DNA of 18,838 bases. Origin: a virus. Its lineage: Duplodnaviria; Heunggongvirae; Uroviricota; Caudoviricetes. The notes beneath the pieces were generated by a model. The model saw only the letters and a program-made list of their open reading frames with translations. It had not been told where the DNA came from and did not search any database. Position 1 is the first letter of the stretch; each line of letters starts with the position of its first letter. The stretch lies in IMG/VR virus record IMGVR_UViG_3300037743_000091. One strand, written 5' to 3'. Of the stretch, positions 1 through 8,363 are shown piece by piece. Position numbers and translations under genes: made by a program.

Positions 1-98
1 GTGACCCTCAGATCTCCTCCGTGGAGAAGGTGGACTGATTCCACCAGCCTCGGCATTCAGCCGTGAGGGCGTCGGATCAAATCCGGCCCGGGGCACAA
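1..98 (+). ncRNA. tRNA-like structure (atypical, possibly 5'-truncated by window edge)
   Basis: T-arm-like GUCGG-AUCAAAU-CCGGC (71-87) is followed directly by CCGGGGC-A-CAA. GCCUCGG (47-53) can pair with CCGGGGC (88-94) as a 7-bp acceptor stem. Upstream hairpins are UCUCC/GGAGA (13-27) and GGUGGA/UCCACC (29-45). No canonical anticodon loop. Confidence 0.35.
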
Positions 99-107
99 GC
101 CAGTGGA

Positions 108-222
108 CGCATTGGTGAAGGAACCCCCGGAGTAGCTACCGGGTGATGGCAGGTTCCAGCCGCTAGGCGGACAGCTCTCGCGCAGCGAGGGTGACCCGGT
201 TCGACTCCGGGAGCGGTGCGCA
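108..222 (+). ncRNA. tRNA-like structure with extra arms
   Basis: Canonical T arm CCCGG-UUCGACU-CCGGG (195-211). Acceptor-like CGCAUUG (108-114)/CGGUGCG (214-220). D-like stem GGAACC/GGUUCC (120-157) encloses an inserted hairpin. Further hairpins at 160-170 and 175-191. Anticodon not assignable. Confidence 0.45.
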
Positions 223-251
223 GTATCTCTCCTCAACAGAAAGGCACCACC

Positions 252-401
252 ATGGCCAAGGCCACGCTCAAGGAAGTCCGTGAGTTCTTCGAGGTGGGCG
301 GCGCGCCCAAGATCTCGATGCAGGAACTCAAGGACCTCAAGAACTCCGGCGGTTACGACGAGATCGCCGAGGGTATCGGCGACGGCACCCTGACCTACTG
401 A
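252..401 (+). CDS. small hypothetical phage protein (49 aa, MAKATLKEVREFF...GIGDGTLTY)
   Basis: RBS AGAAAGG precedes ATG 252, with strong GC3 codon bias. The ORF track start (216) overlaps the tRNA-like fold and lacks an RBS. Confidence 0.8.
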   Translation: MAKATLKEVREFFEVGGAPKISMQELKDLKNSGGYDEIAEGIGDGTLTY

Positions 402-408
402 TCCTCTT

Positions 409-443
409 CTCGGCTGGCCGTACGCGAGGTACGGCCAGCCGAG
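409..443 (+). terminator. 15-bp GC-rich hairpin (terminator or stabiliser)
   Basis: CTCGGCTGGCCGTAC / GTACGGCCAGCCGAG perfect inverted repeat just after stop 401. No U-tract. Confidence 0.55.
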
Positions 444-481
444 CCCCGTCAGCACAACCGTTAATCCCGAAGGAGCGAAGT

Positions 482-736
482 ATGAGCGTCATGTCGGCCG
501 TTGTCCCGGAGCAGAACATCATGACCACGGCTCGCAAGGTTATGCCCGGAGACATCCTCCTGAACAAGAACGGTAAGCCCCTGGTCCTGATCACCCGCGC
601 CGAGACGCTGCACTCTGGGCGCAAGCGGACCCGGCTGTTCGGGGAGTGGCTGGTCACGGTGCCGAAGGGTTACCCGACTGTGTTCGAGCGGGTCCTTCCG
701 TCCGACACGCGCGCAATGGTTCGGCGGTCCGCATGA
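482..736 (+). CDS. hypothetical protein (84 aa)
   Basis: RBS GAAGGAG, ATG 482, phage-like codon usage. ATGA overlap with the next gene. Confidence 0.75.
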   Translation: MSVMSAVVPEQNIMTTARKVMPGDILLNKNGKPLVLITRAETLHSGRKRTRLFGEWLVTVPKGYPTVFERVLPSDTRAMVRRSA

Positions 737-1002
737 TGCGTTCCCTTCGGGCCCGTCGTTGGGTTCTCTTCCTCGTGGTAGTGGCGATCTTTACGGGTCT
801 GGCATGGCTCGTGTACCTCTCGGTTCAGGACCAGCAGCGTTGGACGGCCTGGTGTATCGACATGGGCGGCCACGTCAAGACGGAAACCAGTACGTACGAG
901 ACCGTGGCGTACGTGGACGGACAGGCGGTTTCCCAGACCCACAAGGAGTACACGCACTTCTGCCTCTCGGGAACCGGGGGAATCATCGATATCCGGCAGT
1001 GA
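733..1002 (+). CDS. putative membrane protein (89 aa, N-terminal TM helix, Cys pair)
   Basis: ATG 733 overlaps the upstream stop (ATGA). Basic N-terminus (RSLRARR) followed by hydrophobic WVLFLVVVAIFTGLAWLVYLSV. Confidence 0.75.
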   Translation: MMRSLRARRWVLFLVVVAIFTGLAWLVYLSVQDQQRWTAWCIDMGGHVKTETSTYETVAYVDGQAVSQTHKEYTHFCLSGTGGIIDIRQ

Positions 1003-1032
1003 GGCCCATGCCCTTCCCCTGAAATACATTCG

Positions 1033-1080
1033 AAGAAGTCCCGACTATCGCAGCTAAGCGGTAGTCGGGACTTCTTTGTT
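1033..1080 (+). terminator. intrinsic terminator
   Basis: 19-bp stem 1033-1051/1058-1076 followed by a T-rich tail (CTTCTTTGTTTT). Confidence 0.8.
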
Positions 1081-1092
1081 TTGGATTAGTGG

Positions 1093-1157
1093 TAATCTCC
1101 CGGAAGAAGTGCATGTCGCTGGCGGTCGGGCCGGACCTCTGTTAGCGGAGGTATCCG
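1093..1157 (+). promoter_or_regulatory. late-gene 5' UTR element, copy 1 (with -10-like TAATCT at 1093-1098)
   Basis: ATGTCGCTGGCGGTCGGGCCGGACCTCTG (1113-1141) matches 4273-4301 at 27/29 nt. ACCUCU can pair with the SD GGAGGU. Confidence 0.7.
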
Positions 1158-3023
1158 ATGTTCAAGCACATGGGTGGGAGCCGATTCCCGCTCGCTACCG
1201 ATTACGAGGACCAGTCCCCGGACGAGCTGATTTTCCCGGAAGATCTGAACACTCTTTCCGATGAGGAAGTAACGAATCTTCTGTCCGCTGCTACCGAAGC
1301 GTTCCGGGATATCTACGGTGACGGTTCTGGTCTGACCGAAGAGCAGGTCGAAGCGCTGGCAGGTCTCAAGGACAACATTGAGCGCGTTCGCACCGAGGAA
1401 ACTGCTCGTGAGCAGAAGGCCGCAGAGCGTGCTCAGGAAGCCGCAGACTACGCCGCTGCTGCGGGTATCAACGTGGACGAGGACACGAGCGACTCGGGCA
1501 CGTTCGAGGCCGGGACCGGGGATGTGGCTCCCGAGGGCACCGCTACGGGTGACGAAACGGGAACCGACGTCGAGGACGCCCCGGGGGATACCGGTGCTCC
1601 TGCGGACAACGCGGGTGACGCCCTGACCGCTGGCGCCACTCCGACCGATCGGCGCGTCTCGCTTCGTAACCTCCGGCGTCCGCGTCAGGCGCGTCAGCCG
1701 CGTCAGGAGCGCCCGGTGGATAAGTACGGTAACCGCGACGCTCGGGACATCCTCAAGGCCGCTCCGAACGTTCCTGGGCTGGTCTCGGGTCAGGGTGTGG
1801 ATATCCCTACCCTGGCTACGGCCATGGATACCCGGATTCGCTCGTTCCCGCTGGCGAACTACCAGTCCGCTGCGAAGCGCGGAACCCGCCTTCGTGAGCA
1901 GCACAATCTGGCCGTGATCCAGAAGCCGACCGACTCGCGGCTCACTATCACGTCGAACGACCCCCAGCACGTCAACGATGTTCTGGAGTACGCGCGCAAC
2001 GAAAAGGCGCTCGAAGGTGGCTCGCTGGTCGCGGCCGGTGGTTGGTGTGCTCCCTCGGAGACCATCTACGACCTGTGCGAACTGGAGTCGCGCGACGGTC
2101 TCCTGTCGCTGCCGGAAATCACCATTACCCGTGGTGGTCTCCAGTACACGCAAGGGCCGGACTTCTCGACGATCTTCAACAACTCGGGCTTCTGCTTCAC
2201 CGAAGCGGATGACATCGAGGGGGACTACGACGGCGAGGGTGGCCCCAAGCCGTGTTACCGGGCGGAGTGCCCTGGATTCCTGGACGACCGTCTGGGCGTG
2301 TGCGGCGTCTGCGTCGAGTCAGGCATTCTCCAGTCGCGCGGGTTCCCGGAGCTTCTGGCTCGGTCGATCCGTGGTGTTCTCGTGGCCCACGACCACCGGA
2401 TCTCGGCTCGCCTCATCAACGAGATGATCAACGGATCGCCGAACCCGAACGGTCACGACGGTTCGACGGCGGTCACGATGCCCTCCCCGCAGGTCGGCGC
2501 TACGGCTCCGATTCTGACGGCGATCGAACTCCAGGCCGAGCACATGCGGTACCTGAACCGTATGAGCCGTACGGCGACGCTGGAAGCGATCTTCCCGTAC
2601 TGGGTGCGCGGCGTGATCCGTGCCGACCTCTCGCGCCGTCTCGGTGTGGACCTGCTCAGCGTCTCGGATGCCCAGATCGCCGCGTGGTTCACGCAGCGCG
2701 GTATCGCTCCGCAGTACGTGTACGACTGGCAGGACATCGCCACCACTCCGGCCTCCGGCTTCACGGAGTACCCGACCACGGTGGACTTCCTGCTGTACCC
2801 GGCGGGTACGTGGATGCGCGGTTCGGCCGACATCATCACGCTGGACAACATCTATGACTCGGTGAACCTGGGCGTTAACGACTTCATCGCCCTCTTCACG
2901 GAGGAAGGTCTCATGACGATCAAGATGTGCCACGACTCGCGCGTGGTCACTGTGAGCATCTGCCCTGACGGTGCCACCGGGGCGGGCGTGGATATCGCCT
3001 GTGACGGAACTGCCGCTGAGTGA
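1158..3023 (+). CDS. major capsid protein (cluster-B-like 'hexamer' type) with acidic N-terminal scaffold-like region
   Basis: 621 aa, RBS GGAGG. Motif LVAAGGWCAPSETIYDLC is recalled from actinophage cluster-B-type capsids. Acidic coiled-coil N-terminus. First gene of the structural module. Confidence 0.85.
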   Translation: MFKHMGGSRFPLATDYEDQSPDELIFPEDLNTLSDEEVTNLLSAATEAFRDIYGDGSGLTEEQVEALAGLKDNIERVRTEETAREQKAAERAQEAADYAAAAGINVDEDTSDSGTFEAGTGDVAPEGTATGDETGTDVEDAPGDTGAPADNAGDALTAGATPTDRRVSLRNLRRPRQARQPRQERPVDKYGNRDARDILKAAPNVPGLVSGQGVDIPTLATAMDTRIRSFPLANYQSAAKRGTRLREQHNLAVIQKPTDSRLTITSNDPQHVNDVLEYARNEKALEGGSLVAAGGWCAPSETIYDLCELESRDGLLSLPEITITRGGLQYTQGPDFSTIFNNSGFCFTEADDIEGDYDGEGGPKPCYRAECPGFLDDRLGVCGVCVESGILQSRGFPELLARSIRGVLVAHDHRISARLINEMINGSPNPNGHDGSTAVTMPSPQVGATAPILTAIELQAEHMRYLNRMSRTATLEAIFPYWVRGVIRADLSRRLGVDLLSVSDAQIAAWFTQRGIAPQYVYDWQDIATTPASGFTEYPTTVDFLLYPAGTWMRGSADIITLDNIYDSVNLGVNDFIALFTEEGLMTIKMCHDSRVVTVSICPDGATGAGVDIACDGTAAE

Positions 3024-3024
3024 T

Positions 3025-3068
3025 CTGAATTAGGGTGGCTCGGCTTCGGTCGAGCCACCCTAATTCAG
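3025..3068 (+). other. 20-bp hairpin with C(UUCG)G loop between the two capsid genes
   Basis: CTGAATTAGGGTGGCTCGGC-TTCG-GTCGAGCCACCCTAATTCAG, with no downstream U-tract. Confidence 0.75.
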
Positions 3069-3091
3069 GTCCCCTATCAAGGAGGGCCGTT

Positions 3092-3925
3092 ATGGCTTTT
3101 GCACCCGCGACGGTAGTCGATCCGATCGCGCGTTCGGCGCTGCCGTACGGGCTGTTCTCGGCCCTCGCCCCGCGTCCTGCCGGGGATCTTCGCTGGACGA
3201 ATGGTGTTGTCTGGGAACCCCTGACCTGTGATCCTGCCTCTGGTATTGGTGATCCGGAGTGTGAGGAACCCGAGGATCAAACAGTTGCTATCGGGCTGCC
3301 TAAGCAATTCCCCCCGGGGGCTGGTGTTGATGACGCCTCTTCCTTCGCGGTTTATGGGTCCTACGTCTGTACGCCTACTGGGCACACGGTCGAATGGGCC
3401 CGGGATCGCGCGACGGAACACCTGCTCGCCCGCGAGGAAGCTCGCGTTGAACAGGCGCTCTGGACCGGGGACCTGGGCAATGAGCCAAACTTCTCGACGG
3501 GGACACTCCAGACGGGGGCAGCCGTTCCGATCGCGGTAGCTATCGCGATGGCGGAGCAGGACATCGCTGAGAACTACGGGTCTCTCGGAGTCATCCACAT
3601 GTCTCGTGGAATCGCTCAGCGCGCCTTGTCGGAACGGGCCCTGGTCACGGTAGGAACTCGGCTGTTCACGATGCTGGGAACTCCTGTGATCGCGGGTGCG
3701 GGATATCCGGAGGCGTCACCCATCGATGGAACCCCTGGTCTCTACATCGTGGCTTCGCCCGCGTTGATGCTGTACCGCTCGGAGATCTTCTACCCGTCCG
3801 ATCGTCCCGGTGATCTACTCGACCGTGGGCAGAACAACCTGCACGCCGTGGCCGAACGGAACTACTTGCTCGGATTCGATGAATGCCCTGGGATCTACGT
3901 ATATGAAGTGGAGGAGCTGGTCTGA
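3092..3925 (+). CDS. second capsid protein (cluster-B-like 'pentamer' type), 277 aa
   Basis: RBS AAGGAGG then ATG 3092. N-terminus MAFAPATVVDPIARSALPYGLFS and its position after the major capsid gene match my recollection of cluster-B-type pentamer proteins. Confidence 0.65.
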   Translation: MAFAPATVVDPIARSALPYGLFSALAPRPAGDLRWTNGVVWEPLTCDPASGIGDPECEEPEDQTVAIGLPKQFPPGAGVDDASSFAVYGSYVCTPTGHTVEWARDRATEHLLAREEARVEQALWTGDLGNEPNFSTGTLQTGAAVPIAVAIAMAEQDIAENYGSLGVIHMSRGIAQRALSERALVTVGTRLFTMLGTPVIAGAGYPEASPIDGTPGLYIVASPALMLYRSEIFYPSDRPGDLLDRGQNNLHAVAERNYLLGFDECPGIYVYEVEELV

Positions 3926-4245
3926 TGCCGATGGATCGGTTTATGCGTGTGATCCGGGATCGGAAGAGCACCGCCGAGGACGTCCAGGCGTTCGCTGAGG
4001 CGCTGAGGGTGCTTGACCCGGTAGAAGTTCCCCCGGAACCCGTGAACGAGCCGGAGACGGCCGTACAGGAGACAGAGACGGTGCAGGAGGCCACGCCGGT
4101 CCAGGAACCCGAGCAGGAGCCCGCGCCCGAGCCGGAACAGGTGAAGGTCGAGAAGCCGAAGCGGACCCGTAAGCGCAAGCCGCCGGAGAAGAAGGATTCT
4201 CCCCCGGAACAAGAGAATGACGTCGTGGATATGCTGCTCGGGTAG
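3925..4245 (+). CDS. hypothetical Pro/Glu-rich protein (106 aa)
   Basis: TGATG coupling to the upstream gene. Low-complexity PEPE/QE tract and a basic KPKRTRKRK patch. Confidence 0.7.
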   Translation: MPMDRFMRVIRDRKSTAEDVQAFAEALRVLDPVEVPPEPVNEPETAVQETETVQEATPVQEPEQEPAPEPEQVKVEKPKRTRKRKPPEKKDSPPEQENDVVDMLLG

Positions 4246-4258
4246 CTATTCACATGAA

Positions 4259-4317
4259 TAACCTGTAGCAGGATGTCGCTGGCGGACGGGCCGGGCCTCT
4301 GACAAAGAGGACACATC
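4259..4317 (+). promoter_or_regulatory. late-gene 5' UTR element, copy 2 (with -10-like TAACCT at 4259-4264)
   Basis: ATGTCGCTGGCGGACGGGCCGGGCCTCTG (4273-4301). CCUCU can pair with the SD-containing AGAGG. Confidence 0.7.
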
Positions 4318-5010
4318 ATGACCAAGTGTTTTATCCCCGTCTTGGGCAAGCGCATCCGCGTTACGGCATTGGACGAATGCGGAAATCTGCCCGCCTCTGG
4401 CAACCCTTCGTCTGTTGTCGAGACTGACGGATTTATTTCTCTCACGCTCACTTCGGAAATCGAAGAGGGCACCGAAATCATTACGCGCAAGGCCGATGGC
4501 TCACTGTGCGTGAACGAACGGACCTCCGATTCCTTCAAGCGGTTCACACTGGAAATGGAATTCTGTGGTGTGGACCCGGACCTGCTTTCTCTCGTAACCA
4601 ACGCCGAGCCGTACCAGGACTGGGACGACGAAAATGCTGGTATCACCATTGCCGAGGGGACTGTAGACAAGAAGTTCGCCCTGGAACTCTGGACCGGGCT
4701 GTCTGGTCGTGCCTGTGAACCTGGTGACGAGGAAGCCAGTGGGTACATGCTGCTGCCGTTCGTCAACGCCGGTGTTCTGGGCGATGTCGAGGTGACTGGT
4801 GAGGATGCCATCACGTTCAGCCTCACGGGGGCATACACGCGCGGTGGCAACGCGTGGGGTACCGGCCCGTACGAGGTGCTGATGAACATGGGTTCCCCGG
4901 ACGTCCTGCCGACCGCGCTCGACCCGTTGGACCACCTCCTGCTGGTCGAAACAGGAGTCGCTCCCCCGCCGTCCGCGTGCGGTTTCGTACCGTTCATTCC
5001 TGCTGAGTAA
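4318..5010 (+). CDS. major tail protein
   Basis: 230 aa. N-terminus GKRIRVTALDECG and the motifs DGFISLTLT, EEGTEII, FCGVDP and FALELW are typical of cluster-B-like tail tube proteins. Synteny agrees. Confidence 0.85.
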   Translation: MTKCFIPVLGKRIRVTALDECGNLPASGNPSSVVETDGFISLTLTSEIEEGTEIITRKADGSLCVNERTSDSFKRFTLEMEFCGVDPDLLSLVTNAEPYQDWDDENAGITIAEGTVDKKFALELWTGLSGRACEPGDEEASGYMLLPFVNAGVLGDVEVTGEDAITFSLTGAYTRGGNAWGTGPYEVLMNMGSPDVLPTALDPLDHLLLVETGVAPPPSACGFVPFIPAE

Positions 5011-5020
5011 ACTATTCACA

Positions 5021-5072
5021 CGAGAGCCAGACCGGCATACTTTTAGATGCCCAGGAGCCGGTCTGGCTCTCG
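5021..5072 (+). terminator. 16-bp hairpin after major tail gene
   Basis: CGAGAGCCAGACCGGC (5021-5036) / GCCGGTCTGGCTCTCG (5057-5072). No U-tract, so possibly a stabiliser or attenuator. Confidence 0.55.
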
Positions 5073-5098
5073 CCTAAGTGCCACAGGAGGCACCGCTC

Positions 5099-5827
5099 AT
5101 GGCGACATTGAATGACCTTCTGGCACTACTGCCGGATAATACGAGCGGCGATATCAGCGCGGCCGACATGCGTTCCATCGTGACGGATATCTGGAGGCGC
5201 ACGGACGGTACGGACCCGATCGATGGGCTGCTGTTCGATACGAATCCCCCAGTACCCGCGCACACGCCAGGTCACATGCATTGGAACGCCTCCGAGGGAA
5301 TCCCGGAGGTGATGACCAACATCACCGGCGTCATTCTCCAACTGGGGCACGAACTGTTTGCCGAGGTGCGGAACAACTCGGGTGCGGCGATCCCGAACGG
5401 CCGCGCGGTGCGGATCACAGGCGGGATCGGTCCCCGTCCCACGATCGCACTAGACAACGGGGAGGGCGGCATCCTTGGGCTGACTACTCACGAGATCGCG
5501 AACAACTCCAACGGGAAGGTCACGCTGTTCGGGTTGATTCGCGGCGTGAACACGTCGGCGTTCTCCGAAGGGGGCGTGCTCTACTCCTCGTCCACGGGGA
5601 CGCTGACCGCCTCGATCACGTCCTCGTTCGTCGGGTACGTCACGGACTCCCACGTGAGTGACGGCACGATCCTTGCCTCACGTCTGCGGACCGACGCGGC
5701 AGCAGGAACCACGGCTCAGCGGCCCACCACGAGGGCTCCGGGCTTCCGGTACTTCGACAACGACCTGGGGTTCCCGATCTGGTGGAACGGTGCGGACTGG
5801 GTTGACTCCTCAGGTTCGGTGGTGTGA
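5099..5827 (+). CDS. putative minor virion structural protein (242 aa)
   Basis: RBS AGGAGG before ATG 5099. N-terminal LPDNTSGDISAADMR and C-terminal GTTAQRPT...YFDNDLGFPIWWNG..WVD motifs recur in phage structural proteins. Confidence 0.7.
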   Translation: MATLNDLLALLPDNTSGDISAADMRSIVTDIWRRTDGTDPIDGLLFDTNPPVPAHTPGHMHWNASEGIPEVMTNITGVILQLGHELFAEVRNNSGAAIPNGRAVRITGGIGPRPTIALDNGEGGILGLTTHEIANNSNGKVTLFGLIRGVNTSAFSEGGVLYSSSTGTLTASITSSFVGYVTDSHVSDGTILASRLRTDAAAGTTAQRPTTRAPGFRYFDNDLGFPIWWNGADWVDSSGSVV

Positions 5828-6735
5828 TGCCCGCCTTTTCTGCCGCGTTTAGTTCCGCCTTCGATGCTGTGATCCTTACTGAGTCGACTGGTGAGGCTCC
5901 CTGCTCGTGGCCGATTAATCACAGTGCGTGCGGAGGAGTTCCGTGCGAAGCGCTGACATCCCTGCCCGCCTCGGGACAAGCGGCGTTCGAGGAAATGGCC
6001 TCAACGTATCTGTGGAACTGGACTAACCAGCAATACAGTCTGTGTGATGTCGTTTTGCGTCCGTGTAAGCAAGGCTGCTGGGAGAGCGGAGTTTCTACCT
6101 TCTGGGGATTCGGAGGTCCGGCAGCTCAAATCGCCGGACAAGGAAATCTTGGAGGACGCGCACCGTTTACTCCGGTGCTTATCAATGGCCAGTTCTTCAA
6201 TATCGGGTGCGGTCAGTGCGGGGACTCGTGTGGGTGCGGGGGATCTAATGCTCTTCGCCTTCCTGGCCCCGTGTCCTCCGTGAGTGAGGTTCAGATCAAC
6301 GGGGAGGTCCTTGACTCGAACTCGTACCGCGTAGACAACAATCGTCTCCTTGTACGCACGGACGGGAACCGCTGGCCTACCTGCCAGGACATGGACGCGC
6401 CCCTGGGTTCGGAGAACACGTGGTCCGTCACGTATCAGCAGGGTAAGCCGGTCCCTGTCGGGGGTCAGATCGCTGCCGGTCTCCTCGCGTGTGAACTCGC
6501 GAAGGCAGCGTGCGGGGACAAGTCCTGTGGCCTGCCCCAGCGTGTCCAGTCGATCACCCGGCAGGGTGTGACGGTAGCGGTGCTCGACGCGTTCGACGAT
6601 ATCGATACGGGCCACACGGGTATCTGGTTGATTGACTCGTGGGTGGCCTCGGTGACGAAGCGCCCGCGCCGATGGCGAGTGCTCTCCCCAGATCGTCGTC
6701 AACCTACGGTGGGCCGAGTTCAGACCTGGCCGTAA
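5827..6735 (+). CDS. head-to-tail adaptor
   Basis: TGATG coupling. Cys-rich, with LPGPV..V..V.I.G, YRVDN..LLVR.DG..WP.CQD, LACELAKA and SITRQGV motifs typical of actinophage adaptors. Confidence 0.75.
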   Translation: MPAFSAAFSSAFDAVILTESTGEAPCSWPINHSACGGVPCEALTSLPASGQAAFEEMASTYLWNWTNQQYSLCDVVLRPCKQGCWESGVSTFWGFGGPAAQIAGQGNLGGRAPFTPVLINGQFFNIGCGQCGDSCGCGGSNALRLPGPVSSVSEVQINGEVLDSNSYRVDNNRLLVRTDGNRWPTCQDMDAPLGSENTWSVTYQQGKPVPVGGQIAAGLLACELAKAACGDKSCGLPQRVQSITRQGVTVAVLDAFDDIDTGHTGIWLIDSWVASVTKRPRRWRVLSPDRRQPTVGRVQTWP

Positions 6736-6757
6736 TACGGGGAGATAAGCTCCTTTC

Positions 6758-7297
6758 ATGGCTACTCTTCCCGATGTTCTGAGCCCGACCATGGAAAACC
6801 TCTTGGCGTGCGCCAACGGTGCGTTGATCGAGGCCGACGTTCCTGTTGGTAAGGCGTTCCTGAATCCGGGACTTGAGATTCCGTGGGATAACTGCTGCGA
6901 AGATCAGGGACAACTGTGGGTTCGTGTACTCCAGATGTACCCTTCCAGGTCATTTCCTGCTCCGGACCAGACCGCCGCATCGTGTAATCCAATGTTCTGG
7001 ACGGCTCAACTCGGCGTAGGAACTCTCCGGTGTGCGCACACCGTGAACGACCACAACGAGTTCCCCACGCAGTGCGAGATGACCAGCGATGCTCTCCAGA
7101 TGACGCGGGATGCCGCGCTCCTCGAAACAGCGATCCGATGCTGTTGGGCTCCGCCGATGGAGAAATTCTTGATTGAGCGGTGGGTTCCCCTCAGCACCGA
7201 GGGTGGCTGTATGGGTGGGGAGTGGACAGTCTTCGTCGCGCTCCCGTCGTGCTCTTGCCCCAGTGACCCGCCCGCCCCTGTTCCCGTGGAGTGCTGA
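6758..7297 (+). CDS. putative tail terminator / head-tail connector
   Basis: 179 aa. WDNCC..GQLWVR and EGGCMGGEW motifs. Lies between the adaptor and the tail genes. Confidence 0.6.
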   Translation: MATLPDVLSPTMENLLACANGALIEADVPVGKAFLNPGLEIPWDNCCEDQGQLWVRVLQMYPSRSFPAPDQTAASCNPMFWTAQLGVGTLRCAHTVNDHNEFPTQCEMTSDALQMTRDAALLETAIRCCWAPPMEKFLIERWVPLSTEGGCMGGEWTVFVALPSCSCPSDPPAPVPVEC

Positions 7298-7298
7298 C

Positions 7299-7721
7299 AT
7301 GGCTCGCACCCGAGTTCGAGTTCGTATTGATCATCTGGCAATCCGGAGAGTAGTTAACGAGCCCGGTGGGGAAGTGGATCTTGCTGTGCGCCGTATGGCG
7401 GGGAAGGTTCGTGACCGGGCCAAGCAAAACCTGACCAGGGACGGCTCAGTAGATACAGGACGTCTACGGAATTCCGTGGTTTCCCAACGCCTCCCGTCAG
7501 GCCGCAACTCAGTCGTCTATGAAGTGGGTACGGACGTCTTCTACGGAATCTTCCTGGAACGGGGTACCCGAGATCATGGGCCGCGACGCGCCCGAGTACT
7601 CCGATTCAAGCCGAAGGGTTCTTCCAGCTTCGTCTTCGCAAGACGTGTTCGAGGCATTCGGGCTACTCGTTGGTTGAGTCGAGCATTGCGCTCACTCACG
7701 ATCAACGACGTAGTTCGTTGA
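7299..7721 (+). CDS. HK97 gp10-like tail-completion protein (140 aa)
   Basis: ATG 7299, 1 nt after the upstream stop. Basic protein with VDTGRLRNS and YGIFLERGT motifs. Confidence 0.75.
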   Translation: MARTRVRVRIDHLAIRRVVNEPGGEVDLAVRRMAGKVRDRAKQNLTRDGSVDTGRLRNSVVSQRLPSGRNSVVYEVGTDVFYGIFLERGTRDHGPRRARVLRFKPKGSSSFVFARRVRGIRATRWLSRALRSLTINDVVR

Positions 7722-7740
7722 ACCAGGTAGTCTCTCATCT

Positions 7741-8049
7741 ATGGCTGAAACTCTCTCCTTTACTACGGCTACCCGTAACAAGAAGCCCATTCCGTTCGTG
7801 TTGGACGGGACGACGTACGAGTTCACTCCGCCGAAGCAAACGGCGATCTTCCTGGAACTGATGAACGGTGGAAACGGAGCCGCCATCACGAAGAAGGCGT
7901 TCGACTGGTTGAGTGACGGTCTCCCGGAAGAGCAGAACGATAAGCTGGTCGAGCGGCTTCGTGATCCTAACGACGACTTCGACTTGCCCGACCTCCGGAA
8001 GATCCTCGAAAAGCTCCAGGAAGCGGCTGCTGGGGGCCCTACTACGTGA
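7741..8049 (+). CDS. tail assembly chaperone
   Basis: 102 aa, two genes upstream of the tape measure gene. KPIPFVLDGTTYEFTPPK pattern. Confidence 0.7.
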   Translation: MAETLSFTTATRNKKPIPFVLDGTTYEFTPPKQTAIFLELMNGGNGAAITKKAFDWLSDGLPEEQNDKLVERLRDPNDDFDLPDLRKILEKLQEAAAGGPTT

Positions 8050-8363
8050 CGTTCCGACTCGTTGATCTCGCCAATAATCATTGGCGTACGTTCGACGGGT
8101 GGGCTGCGTCACGGAACGTAGAGCCGATGGAACTCCCCATCGATCGCTTTTTGAACCTCGTCTACCACTGGGCAATTCGAAACGCTCAAAGTGAGAACGA
8201 TGTTAGTAAGTTTGATAGAAGATTGTGGGTTCCTCCCAAGGGCGTGGAACCCCCGGAGGAGTCCCCGTGGTCAGCACAGAACGAGACGAGCGCGTTTCAG
8301 GCTCTCAAGAAGGCCCTGAACGCAGACGGTAAGGCTCCTGGTCAACAGGTGGCTACGGGGTAA
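8046..8363 (+). CDS. second tail assembly chaperone-like protein
   Basis: GTGA overlap with the previous gene, and immediately before the tape measure gene. Confidence 0.6.
   Translation: MTFRLVDLANNHWRTFDGWAASRNVEPMELPIDRFLNLVYHWAIRNAQSENDVSKFDRRLWVPPKGVEPPEESPWSAQNETSAFQALKKALNADGKAPGQQVATG

Noticed and set aside
159-191. Amber (CUA) or Cys (GCA) anticodon in the 108-222 fold
   Set aside because: The loops are 3 nt or lack U33, so no valid anticodon loop geometry.
1086-4997. Long antisense ORFs (1086-2153, 2319-2933, 3666-4997)
   Set aside because: Shadow frames of GC3-biased structural genes, with no RBS or recognisable motifs.
8007-8049. Programmed -1 frameshift between tail assembly chaperone ORFs
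   Set aside because: ORF2 is in the -1 frame, but no canonical X XXY YYZ heptamer is present (only T GGG GGC and C GAA AAG). ORF2 has its own GTGA-coupled start. Cannot be supported.
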